Below, piece after piece: positions 10,445 to 19,360 of a stretch of DNA of 33,709 bases. A program made the position numbers and the translations under genes. How positions within the stretch are numbered: the stretch's first letter is position 1; the number at the start of each line of letters is the position of its first letter. The notes under the pieces were generated by a model that saw only the letters and a program-made list of their open reading frames with translations, did not search any database and was not told the DNA's origin. The stretch is from sequence record DRR723986_30199. One strand, given 5' to 3'.

Positions 10445-12409
10445 ATGAAACAAAATATTATCTGTTACTCGCTGTTAAGCACGCTAGCTTTGGCGTCCTG
10501 CTCCAAATCCCAAGAGTCTTCAAGTTCGCAAATAGCTACCCCAAAAGACTTTGAAATTGTCAAATACAATAACCCAAATACCACATCTTTTTTGGGAGTT
10601 GGCCTATGGGCCTGGCCGCTGCCGATGGATTACGATGGGGATGGGGATATGGACATGCTGGTTTCTTGTCCAGACAAACCCTTCAATGGGCTGTACTTTT
10701 TTGAAAATACCTCAGGGGATGATTTTCCTGATTTTGCTCCCCCGGTACGTTTAGGGGATGCGATCAAGAATGTGCAAATCTCCCATATTGATGAAGGAAT
10801 GAAAGTAAATGTGCCAGGTTCTGAATTGGTGGATTTCAAAAGTAAACTGGGAAGTGAGGAAAAAGTGCTGTTCGATGCAGAGGAGTTGAAAAAGGGTTTT
10901 GAGAAGGTCCGATTTAACCAATGGAAAATGGTCGATTATGACGGAGATGGCGATCTGGATGTGGTGGTAGGAATTGATGATTGGGCAGATTATGGATGGG
11001 ACAATGCTTTTAATGACCAAGGTGTATGGGTCAACGGCCCCCTTCATGGCTTTGTCTTCCTGCTTGAAAATGTGGACGGAAATTACATAAATAAAGGCAG
11101 GCTGCAAGCTGGAGGTAAGATGATAGATGTCTATGGAGCACCTTCACCTAATTTCGCTGATTTCGACGGGGATGGTGATCTGGATCTGATTTGCGGGGAA
11201 TTTTTGGACCGGATGACCTACTTCGAAAACATCGGAAGCAGATCAAAACCACAATACAAAGAAGGTGTGTTTCTGAAAAATGAAGCTGGCCTGATCAAAA
11301 TGGATTTGGAAATGATTATTCCGGTGGCAGTGGACTGGGATAAGGATGGTCATATAGATCTGGTCGTGGGAGACGAAGATGGTAGAGTGGCTCTGATAAG
11401 AAATACTGGAAACCTAAAAGATAACGTGCCTCAGTTTGATTCTCCTAAGTATTTCAGACAGCAATCCGACAACCTGAAGTTTGGTGCATTAGCTACACCT
11501 GTCAGCGTAGATTGGGACAATGACGGCGATGAAGATATTATTACAGGTAACTCCGCAGGATACTTTGCTTTTATAGAGAATATAGGAGGCGGAGAAAAGC
11601 CGGTATGGAAAGAACCAAAACTGCTGGAAGCAGGAGGAGAAGTGATTCGGATTCAGGCTGATGAAAATGGCTCGATCCAAGGACCGGCAGAAGCTAAGTG
11701 GGGTTATACTACCTTATCGGTAGCAGACTGGGATGGAGATGGAAATAAGGACATAATTTTTAATTCCATTTGGGGGAAAATCGAGTGGATTAGAAATACA
11801 GGTTCAGGCTTAGAAGCACCTCAATCAATCAAAGTAATTCGCGAAGATGAAATTGCTACTTCTCCTAGTTGGAATTGGTGGAAATCTGCTCAGGATGAAT
11901 TGGTGACACAGTGGAGAACTACTCCATTTGCAATTGATTGGGATAAGGATGGCATTATGGATTTGGTGATGTTGGATTTTGAAGGTTACCTATCTTTTTT
12001 CAAGGGAAACAATGAAAATGGTAAACAAGCAATACTTCCTGGAAAACGGATTTTTTATGGTGATAAAGCGTCCATATACACTAATAGGGATAAAGCTGAA
12101 AATGATGAAGCAGGACCGCTGCGCCTGAACAATGCTGAAGCGGGGGGAAGCGGGAGGAGAAAGATAAACTTTGTTGATTGGGATAATGATGGGGACCTGG
12201 ATTTATTGATCAACAGTGTAAATGTGTCACTCTTTGAAAATATAAGTGAAAACTCAGATAAGGTGATCTTTAGCCATAAAGGACCTTTGTCAGAGAGAAT
12301 TCTTGCGGGACATACTACAAGTCCAACATTTGTGGACTGGGATAAAAATGGAGAGTGGGAAGTTCTGGTTGGAGCTGAAGATGGACATTTCTATCATTTT
12401 GTGAGGTGA
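10445..12409 (+). CDS. FG-GAP/VCBS repeat lipoprotein (Ca-binding beta-propeller)
   Basis: Lipobox LALASC; nine D(Y/F/W)DxDG-type loops (DYDGDGDMD, DYDGDGDLD, DFDGDGDLD, DWDKDGHID, DWDNDGDED, DWDGDGNKD, DWDKDGIMD, DWDNDGDLD, DWDKNGEWE). Confidence 0.88.
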   Translation: MKQNIICYSLLSTLALASCSKSQESSSSQIATPKDFEIVKYNNPNTTSFLGVGLWAWPLPMDYDGDGDMDMLVSCPDKPFNGLYFFENTSGDDFPDFAPPVRLGDAIKNVQISHIDEGMKVNVPGSELVDFKSKLGSEEKVLFDAEELKKGFEKVRFNQWKMVDYDGDGDLDVVVGIDDWADYGWDNAFNDQGVWVNGPLHGFVFLLENVDGNYINKGRLQAGGKMIDVYGAPSPNFADFDGDGDLDLICGEFLDRMTYFENIGSRSKPQYKEGVFLKNEAGLIKMDLEMIIPVAVDWDKDGHIDLVVGDEDGRVALIRNTGNLKDNVPQFDSPKYFRQQSDNLKFGALATPVSVDWDNDGDEDIITGNSAGYFAFIENIGGGEKPVWKEPKLLEAGGEVIRIQADENGSIQGPAEAKWGYTTLSVADWDGDGNKDIIFNSIWGKIEWIRNTGSGLEAPQSIKVIREDEIATSPSWNWWKSAQDELVTQWRTTPFAIDWDKDGIMDLVMLDFEGYLSFFKGNNENGKQAILPGKRIFYGDKASIYTNRDKAENDEAGPLRLNNAEAGGSGRRKINFVDWDNDGDLDLLINSVNVSLFENISENSDKVIFSHKGPLSERILAGHTTSPTFVDWDKNGEWEVLVGAEDGHFYHFVR

Positions 12410-13902
12410 TCAATTTTAAATCTGCAATTGGTCAAAAAACAGCAATGCGAATCCATATCCTTGACGTGGGGATTCCTCACGGCGTAGTTAGGAGCTTGTT
12501 CATTGTACTAGTGTTCATTCTTTCAAACTGTAATACCAAACCTTCGAACTCAGAAGGAGATTCTTCGAATATGATTAAGTTAGTTAAAGAAGTACAAGTG
12601 ACTGAAGCGCCTGCCGGACACTTTTTAAACCAGCGACAGGCATTTTCTCCAGATGATGAATATTTAGTCTTTGACAATAGAAATGATGATTCCAAGATAG
12701 GTGAAAATGGAAGTATTCAACTTGTTCATCTTGCTACAAAGCGCGTGGAAACAGTTTATAACCTGCCTAATCAATCTGCTTATGGTCCTGGTGCTGGGGC
12801 GGTTTCATTTCATCCTTCAAAAAAAGAAATTGTTTTTATCAATGGTCTGAATAATGCATCCGAGGGTACCCCATATGGATTTACAAGGCGCATTGCAATG
12901 CAGGTAAATCTTGAAAATGATAATCACTTCTCTCCCTTAGAGGCAAGGGATGGGGTGCCTCCCTTTACTAAGGGTGCTTTGCGTGGTGGTTCGCATGCTT
13001 ATTCCTATAGCTCAGACGGCCAAATGATTAGTTTCACTTATAATGATGCCGTATTAGCAGAGGAGTCATTATCCAATCCTAAAGTACATGATTTAAGAAC
13101 TGTAGGTGCATTTCTACTCGGCAAGCGCGTATCTATTTTAGGTGAAAACAATGAAGAGAATTTTGACGGGAATGGATTTGCTTTTTTGCTAGCAGAAGTA
13201 ACCATTAATCCCAAGCCAGGATCAGATGAAATCAGTAAAGCTTATGAAGAATGCTGGGTTGGAGATGCTGGCTATACTAAGCCGGATGGAACCATTCAAA
13301 AGCGTGCAATGGCTTTTTTGGGAGATGTGATTTCTGAATCAGGGGAGAAAGTAACGGAAGTGTTTATAGCCGATATTCCAGATGACATAAATAGTATGAT
13401 AAAAACAGTGAGCGCAGGAAGCAAGACAAGTCTGCCTTCCATTCCAGCTGGAGTGAAGCAGCGGAGACTCACCTTCACAGCAGACAATAAATATCCGGGA
13501 GTCCAAGGTCCTAGACAGTGGTTAAGAAGTTCTCCTGATGGAAGCGCTATCTATTTCTATCAAAAGGATGATGCTGGAATAGTTCAGATATATTCCGTAT
13601 CACCTTCAAGTGGCAAAATAGCTGCTGTCACGAGTAATGATTTTTCTGCGGATACGGATTTTTCTCTTAGTTCAGATGGGAACTACTTGGCCTATGGGTC
13701 AAAGGATAAACTATATATCACAAAGGTTGATGATAGTTCTACTAGACTTATAGCATCATCTCTTGAAAATAGTATATCACTAAGTAATATTAATTGGTCA
13801 AACCATGGCCACAAAATCGCTTACAACAGAAAAGTTGGGATGAATGGCGAGGCTTTTTATCAAATTTTCACACTAGATCTTTCAAACCTATTAAACAAGT
13901 AG
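12406..13902 (+). CDS. DUF3748/YidR-like TolB-type beta-propeller protein, probable lipoprotein
   Basis: GALRGGSHAYSYSSDGQMISFTYND, DLRTVG, PGSDEISKAYEECWVG, QRRLTFT and PRQWLRSSPDGS match my recollection of E. coli YidR; possible lipobox ILSNC; start may be the ATG at 12445. Confidence 0.8.
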   Translation: MINFKSAIGQKTAMRIHILDVGIPHGVVRSLFIVLVFILSNCNTKPSNSEGDSSNMIKLVKEVQVTEAPAGHFLNQRQAFSPDDEYLVFDNRNDDSKIGENGSIQLVHLATKRVETVYNLPNQSAYGPGAGAVSFHPSKKEIVFINGLNNASEGTPYGFTRRIAMQVNLENDNHFSPLEARDGVPPFTKGALRGGSHAYSYSSDGQMISFTYNDAVLAEESLSNPKVHDLRTVGAFLLGKRVSILGENNEENFDGNGFAFLLAEVTINPKPGSDEISKAYEECWVGDAGYTKPDGTIQKRAMAFLGDVISESGEKVTEVFIADIPDDINSMIKTVSAGSKTSLPSIPAGVKQRRLTFTADNKYPGVQGPRQWLRSSPDGSAIYFYQKDDAGIVQIYSVSPSSGKIAAVTSNDFSADTDFSLSSDGNYLAYGSKDKLYITKVDDSSTRLIASSLENSISLSNINWSNHGHKIAYNRKVGMNGEAFYQIFTLDLSNLLNK

Positions 13903-13903
13903 T

Positions 13904-14845
13904 ATGTCGTTACTTTCAATATTAAATTCGCCTTTAAAAGGTATTGTACCACCGATGGTTACACCCTTGAACGCTGATGGTTCTTTGGATACCGCATCTG
14001 TTAAGAAACTGATTGAACATCTTATTTCTGGCGGAGTTCATGGTATTTTTATCTTGGGAACTACCGGTGAATTCTCTGGTTTGAGTTATCAAACACGCAG
14101 AAATTTAATCACTCAAACATGTAGTCAAGTTGCCGGGAGAGTTCCGGTACTCGTAGGCATAACAGATGTATCCATTGAAGAGAGTATAGCTTTGGCTGAG
14201 TTCTCAGCTAAAGCGGGTGCTAATGCTGTAGTAGTAGCACCTCCTTTTTACAATAATATTGACCAAAAGGAATTGATTCAATATTACCTTCAATTGGCAG
14301 ATGCGATATCCATTCCTATGTTTCTCTACAATATGCCATCTCATACTAAACTGACTATTGAGGTGGATACCGCTGTTAGATTAGCAGAACATCAGCGCAT
14401 TATTGGTTTGAAAGACAGTTCTGCCCATGCAGTTTATTTCCAGTCCTTATGCTATGCATTTAGAGATCATAAAGACTTTGTGCTAATGGTAGGGCCCGAA
14501 GAAATGATGGCAGAAACAGTTTTGATGGGAAGTGACGGAGGAGTGTGTGGTGGAGCCAATATGTTTCCTCAACTCTATGTACAACTCTATGATGCTGCTG
14601 TAAATAGGGATTTTGAGAAGATTTTTGAATTGCAACAGCGAGTAATGGAAATTAGCCAAAACATATACCAAGTAGGTGGGTACAAATCCAGTTACATGAA
14701 AGGGCTCAAAACAGCACTATCATTTATGGGGCTTTGCCAAGCTGAGTTTGCTGCTCCACTTTATCCTTTTTCTCCAGAAGAAGCTGAAAAAGTAAAAGTA
14801 ATTTTAGCTAAGCTTAAATTAGGTCTGAAGCTCGATTTGGTTTAA
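13904..14845 (+). CDS. DapA/NanA-family class I aldolase (2-keto-3-deoxy sugar acid aldolase-like)
   Basis: VPPMVTP, GTTGE, PPFY, LYNMP (catalytic Tyr), GLKDSS (Schiff-base Lys); has YNMPSHT where DHDPS has YNxPxRT. Confidence 0.9.
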   Translation: MSLLSILNSPLKGIVPPMVTPLNADGSLDTASVKKLIEHLISGGVHGIFILGTTGEFSGLSYQTRRNLITQTCSQVAGRVPVLVGITDVSIEESIALAEFSAKAGANAVVVAPPFYNNIDQKELIQYYLQLADAISIPMFLYNMPSHTKLTIEVDTAVRLAEHQRIIGLKDSSAHAVYFQSLCYAFRDHKDFVLMVGPEEMMAETVLMGSDGGVCGGANMFPQLYVQLYDAAVNRDFEKIFELQQRVMEISQNIYQVGGYKSSYMKGLKTALSFMGLCQAEFAAPLYPFSPEEAEKVKVILAKLKLGLKLDLV

Positions 14846-14861
14846 TCGCGCACTTTTTCAT

Positions 14862-14886
14862 AGGGAAATTAAAGTTTCCCTGTTTT
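14862..14886 (+). terminator. Intra-operon hairpin (weak terminator or mRNA-stabilising stem)
   Basis: AGGGAAATT-AA-AGTTTCCCT followed by GTTTT, between the aldolase and SSS genes. Confidence 0.45.
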
Positions 14887-14918
14887 CCCAAACCCGAACC
14901 CAAAATAACTTCCCACAA

Positions 14919-16418
14919 ATGGATTTACCTATCATCGATTTAGTAGTATTTCTTGTTTACATGGCTGCTATTGTCTTGTTTGGAATTTCCTTTTCCTTCA
15001 AGAAAAGAACTGCCTTAGAATACACCACAGGAGGAGGCCGACTTCCGAGTTGGGCGATCGGCATGAGTATATTTGCCACTTTCGTCAGCAGTATTAGTTT
15101 CTTGGCTTTACCTGGAAATGCCTACCTGTCCAATTGGAATGGATTTGTGTTTAGTCTTTCTATTCCATTGGCCGCATTTTTTGCTGTCAAATATTTTGTC
15201 CCACTTTACCGAAACCTGAAGAGTGAATCAGCCTATTACTACTTAGAAACACGTTTTGGTTCCTGGGCCAGAGTATATGCTTCCATTTGTTATTTGTTAA
15301 CACAGTTAGCTAGAATGGGAGCAATAATGTATTTGTTGGCTTTGCCTATGAATGCCTTATTTGGCTGGAGCATTCCTTTGATTATCATTTGTACAGGAAT
15401 AAGTGTAATGGTATATGCCATGCTAGGAGGCATAGAGGCGGTAATCTGGACAGATGCGATTCAAGGAATTGTCCTGATTGCGGGAGCCTTGCTTTGTCTT
15501 GGAGTAATTCTATTTTCTATGCCAAATGGCCCTGGAGAAGTGATTACTATAGCAGCAGAAGCTGATAAATTTAGTTTGGGTAGTTTTAAATTCAATTTTG
15601 TGGAATCAACCTTTTGGATGATTTTAATCTACGGACTGTTTATCAATCTTCAGAATTTTGGGATTGACCAAAGTTATATTCAACGCTACATCACGGCCAG
15701 AACTGAGAAAGAAGCGATAAAATCTACCTGGTTTGGGAGTTTGCTCTATGTGCCCGTTTCCTTGCTGTTTTTCTTTATAGGAACTGCTTTGTTTTCTTAT
15801 TATCAGGCATTTCCAGAACTGCTTCCTGCTGAATTGCATCTCGCTGAGAATGCAGATAAAGTATTTCCTTATTTCATCGTTTCGGGACTTCCTTCAGGAG
15901 TAACTGGGATTTTGATTGCCTCCATTTTTGCGGCAGGTATGAGTACTGTATCTACGAGTATCAATAGTTCAGCTACCGTTTTTCTTTCAGATCATTATAA
16001 AAAATACCTCCATAAAAACACCACAGAGAAACAGTCAATGCGAGTGTTGCTGATTAGTTCTTTCGTGATGGGGGGAATGGCGATTGTTGTAGCCTTGGCT
16101 TTCAACGGAGTTACCAGTGCATTGGAAGCTTGGTGGGCGCTTTCATCAATATTTAGCGGAGGTATTCTAGGCTTGTTTTTACTTGGATTTGTAGTAAAGA
16201 AAGCTTCCAGTAAGGCGGCGGCAATCGGAGTACTTTGTGGCGTTGTGGTCATCGGATGGATGAGCCTTTCTCCGGTTCTATTTAATGGAACCAGCCTGGA
16301 AGGATTTCAAAATACATTGCACACCAACCTCACAATCGTAATGGGAACCTTGACGATTTTTATTGTGGGATTCCTACTTACTGGCCTTTTTTCAAAAAAT
16401 AACAACATAAGCTCATGA
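14919..16418 (+). CDS. Sodium:solute symporter (SSS), SiaT-like sugar-acid transporter
   Basis: Highly hydrophobic; SIFATFVSSISFLALPG, SAYYYLETRFG, GGIEAVIWTDAIQG, DQSYIQRY, IFAAGMSTVSTSINS. Confidence 0.93.
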   Translation: MDLPIIDLVVFLVYMAAIVLFGISFSFKKRTALEYTTGGGRLPSWAIGMSIFATFVSSISFLALPGNAYLSNWNGFVFSLSIPLAAFFAVKYFVPLYRNLKSESAYYYLETRFGSWARVYASICYLLTQLARMGAIMYLLALPMNALFGWSIPLIIICTGISVMVYAMLGGIEAVIWTDAIQGIVLIAGALLCLGVILFSMPNGPGEVITIAAEADKFSLGSFKFNFVESTFWMILIYGLFINLQNFGIDQSYIQRYITARTEKEAIKSTWFGSLLYVPVSLLFFFIGTALFSYYQAFPELLPAELHLAENADKVFPYFIVSGLPSGVTGILIASIFAAGMSTVSTSINSSATVFLSDHYKKYLHKNTTEKQSMRVLLISSFVMGGMAIVVALAFNGVTSALEAWWALSSIFSGGILGLFLLGFVVKKASSKAAAIGVLCGVVVIGWMSLSPVLFNGTSLEGFQNTLHTNLTIVMGTLTIFIVGFLLTGLFSKNNNISS

Positions 16419-18079
16419 GTAACTATGTAATAGGTCTAGATTATGGGACAGACTCCGTCCGTGCCATATTGGTAGCTACAAGTAACGGGGAAGTCATATC
16501 CAGTGCTGTTTATACTTATCCACGCTGGCAAAAACGACTTTATTGCGAGGAGCAAAGCAATCAATTTAGGCAACATCCGCTGGATCATCTTGAAGGCTTA
16601 GAATTTACTATTTCTGCTATAGTCAAAGAATCAGGAATTCATAACTCCCAGATCAAAGCGATATGTGTGGATACTACGGGGTCATCTCCCATGCCAGTAG
16701 ATGCAAATGGAGAATCCTTAGCCTTAAGCGAGGAATTTGCTGAAAATCCTAATGCGATGATGATCTTATGGAAAGATCATTCAGCCATACCGGAAGCTGA
16801 GGAAATTACCCACCTGGCAAAGACTTGGGGTGGAGAGGATTTTACAAAATACTCCGGTGGAATCTATTCCTCTGAATGGTTTTGGGCTAAAATTCTTTCT
16901 ATTGGTCGAAAAGATAAGGAGGTCAAAAATGCGGCAGTTTCTTGGGTGGAGCACTGTGATTATATCACCCGAGTGCTTACAGGTACAAGTTTGGGGACAA
17001 TGAAAAGAAGTCGATGTGCAGCAGGCCATAAAGCGATGTGGCATGAAGACTGGGATGGGCTTCCTCCCAAAGAATTTTTAACCTTATTGGATCCACAATT
17101 GGCTGAATTAAGAGATAATATTTCCTCGCAAACCTTTACTTCAGTTGAATCAGCTGGGACTATCTCCCAGGAGTGGGCAATAAAATTAGGGTTATCCGAA
17201 AATACGGTAGTGGCAGTGGGGATCATTGATGCACACGCAGGTGCTATTGGAGCAGGTATCACTGAAAACACATTAGTTAAAGTAATAGGAACCTCTACTT
17301 GTGATATGTTAATAGCCTCTGAAAAAGCTTTAGGAAAACATTTAGTAAGAGGTATTTGTGGTCAGGTTGATGGGTCTATAATGCCTGGCTATTATGGCTT
17401 GGAAGCAGGGCAGGCCGGATTCGGAGATGTTTTAGCCTGGTTTGCGAGTTTTGTTCTTAAACCTAGTATGAATATCATACAAAGGAGTAATTGTATAAAT
17501 GAGGAGACAAAAAGGATTCTTATGGATGAATTACAGGATTCTATGCTTTCAAATTTGTCAGGAGAAGCAGAAAAATTGAAAGGATTCTCACAGGATATAC
17601 TCGCGTTGGATTGGATAAACGGGAGGAGGTCTCCAGATGCTGATGAATCTTTAAAAGGCGTTCTCGCAGAACTCACCATGGGAACTAGTGCTGCACAGGT
17701 ATTTAAGGGATTAGTGGAATCTCTTTGTTTTGGTTCTAAGCGTATTATTGACAGGTTTGAAGAGGAAGGATTGCTGATTGAGGAAGTTATAGCTATAGGT
17801 GGAGTAGCTAATAAATCGTCATATGTAATGCAGACTATGGCGGATATTTTGGGGCGTACTATTAAAGTCACCGCTTCCACACAGACTCCTGCATTAGGAG
17901 CAGCGATGTATGCAGCCACAGCATCAGGATTAGTTAATTCTCTGGACGAGGCAATTGAGACTATGGGGCCTGGATTTGATGCCATTTACACCCCCAATAT
18001 GCAATTTGAATCTGCCTATAAAATTAAATATGAGCAGTACAAGAAGTTAGGAGAGCTGGTAGAAGGAATGAAATTGTAA
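16415..18079 (+). CDS. araB: Ribulokinase (FGGY family)
   Basis: GLDYGTDSVR, FRQHPLD, LWKDH, YSSEWFWAK, RSRCAAGHKAMW, GICGQVDGS, LEAGQ, DWINGRRSP; ATGA overlap with the SSS stop. Confidence 0.92.
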   Translation: MSNYVIGLDYGTDSVRAILVATSNGEVISSAVYTYPRWQKRLYCEEQSNQFRQHPLDHLEGLEFTISAIVKESGIHNSQIKAICVDTTGSSPMPVDANGESLALSEEFAENPNAMMILWKDHSAIPEAEEITHLAKTWGGEDFTKYSGGIYSSEWFWAKILSIGRKDKEVKNAAVSWVEHCDYITRVLTGTSLGTMKRSRCAAGHKAMWHEDWDGLPPKEFLTLLDPQLAELRDNISSQTFTSVESAGTISQEWAIKLGLSENTVVAVGIIDAHAGAIGAGITENTLVKVIGTSTCDMLIASEKALGKHLVRGICGQVDGSIMPGYYGLEAGQAGFGDVLAWFASFVLKPSMNIIQRSNCINEETKRILMDELQDSMLSNLSGEAEKLKGFSQDILALDWINGRRSPDADESLKGVLAELTMGTSAAQVFKGLVESLCFGSKRIIDRFEEEGLLIEEVIAIGGVANKSSYVMQTMADILGRTIKVTASTQTPALGAAMYAATASGLVNSLDEAIETMGPGFDAIYTPNMQFESAYKIKYEQYKKLGELVEGMKL

Positions 18080-18088
18080 TCACCGACT

Positions 18089-18659
18089 ATGAGAATTTTA
18101 ATATATAAGCTATTTAGTACATTTTATCTGTTAACCTTAATTGTCAGTTCCAGCTACGCTGAGGTTAAGGATGCCCTCACTATTTTCAGATAATATGGGG
18201 CTGCAACAAAAGATGACTGTTCCGATCTGGGGCTGGGCGAAACCCGACTCAAAAGTGACGCTTTCTGCGTCCTGGCTTGATGAGAGCCTCACGTTTGAGG
18301 CAGGTACAAATGGTGAATGGAGAACTAAAATTTCTACTCCTGAAGCTGGAGGGCCTTATACCATTACCATAAGTGATGGTGAAGATGAACATTAGATTAA
18401 AAATGTATTGGTTGGAGAAGTCTGGTTTTTATCAGGACAATCCAATATGGAAATGCCTTTCAAAGGATGTAAATCTCAGCCCGTGGCCGGGGGTAATGAT
18501 GCGATAGTAAAAGCAAATTCTGATCGAATACGGATGATTACTGTGCCCAGGAATGGAGAACTCACTTTGATGAATGACTTTAAAGGAGCTTGGGAGGTTT
18601 CTTCTCCTGAAGTGGTGTCTAATTTCTCTGCTATAGGGTGGTTCTTTGCTGAGGGATGA
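18089..18659 (+). pseudogene. Sialate O-acetylesterase (SGNH) pseudogene, N-terminal part only
   Basis: ATG 18089 gives signal peptide MRILIYKLFSTFYLLTLIVSSSYA-EVK; an extra G at about 18170 shifts frame to MPSLFSDNMGLQQ...AGGPY; in-frame TAG 18393-18395 then IKNVLVGEVWFLSGQSNM; ends at FSAIGWFFAEG* 18659. Confidence 0.9.
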
Positions 18660-19360
18660 GGTAGTGATAATTAAGTACTAAAATATCGAGGTAATGGATC
18701 AATTGGCTTACAAATATTCGGAATTATTTAACTTGTAAGTGCTTGCTAGTAGAGAATTAAAAATTTAGATTTTACTCTCAATATGTTAATTATAGAGCGC
18801 TATTTTTTTATCTGACTGATTTGATTTTCACCTTCGTTTTCATTTGAGTTAAATCAGTTTTTCAAAAATTCAAATGATAGCAAGAGGTATTTGCCACCTT
18901 TCACCTCAGGGTTATTCTCATAGCCTCCGCTCCTAATAACATTATTTAACAAATTAGTTTGTTGCTATTATTCTAATTATTACTATACTCGTAGTAAGAA
19001 AATAGTCATAAGAATACGAATTAAGTATTTGCAACTTTTTCGTAGAAAGGTACTGCTTATTTGAAGCGGTTTTTGATTTGTTTAAAGTGATAGCTATTCG
19101 AGGAGAAGAGAAGTGAGTCAGGGGATATATACTATTAGAATTTAAGGCTCAAGACTAATATTTAAGAAGGTCAGGTAAGGGGTGCGAGAAAATAATGGTC
19201 GCCAATCTTCAACTTTTTCAGATGGATTGAACAACTGTGCGATTAATCCTGAGCTTATTATCTCATACATGCAATTCACCATATAAGGATGGATGGGTAG
19301 GGAATAGTGGGATGGTTTTTAGTTAAGAAAATTATTGTTAAAAATATAAATCTGAAAACA

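Noticed and set aside
13904-14845. dapA (lysine biosynthesis)
   Set aside because: Lacks the DHDPS-specific Arg and sits in a catabolic operon
7759-16418. Calling the locus a standard Neu5Ac (nan) cluster with nanH/nanA/nanT symbols
   Set aside because: No RIP motif, atypical aldolase loop and no ManNAc-processing genes in the window; symbols withheld
82-17985. Short antisense or alternate-frame ORFs inside PUL genes (e.g. 17392-17985, 10751-11107, 16960-17271)
   Set aside because: Fully overlap well-supported genes and carry no recognisable motifs; shadow ORFs
18393-18395. Programmed TAG readthrough or recoding in the esterase
   Set aside because: The same gene also has a frameshift and truncation, and other genes here use TAG as a normal stop
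18660-19306. AT-rich intergenic region as an ncRNA, att site or gene
   Set aside because: Only short broken frames; no tRNA end, direct repeat or structure I can support
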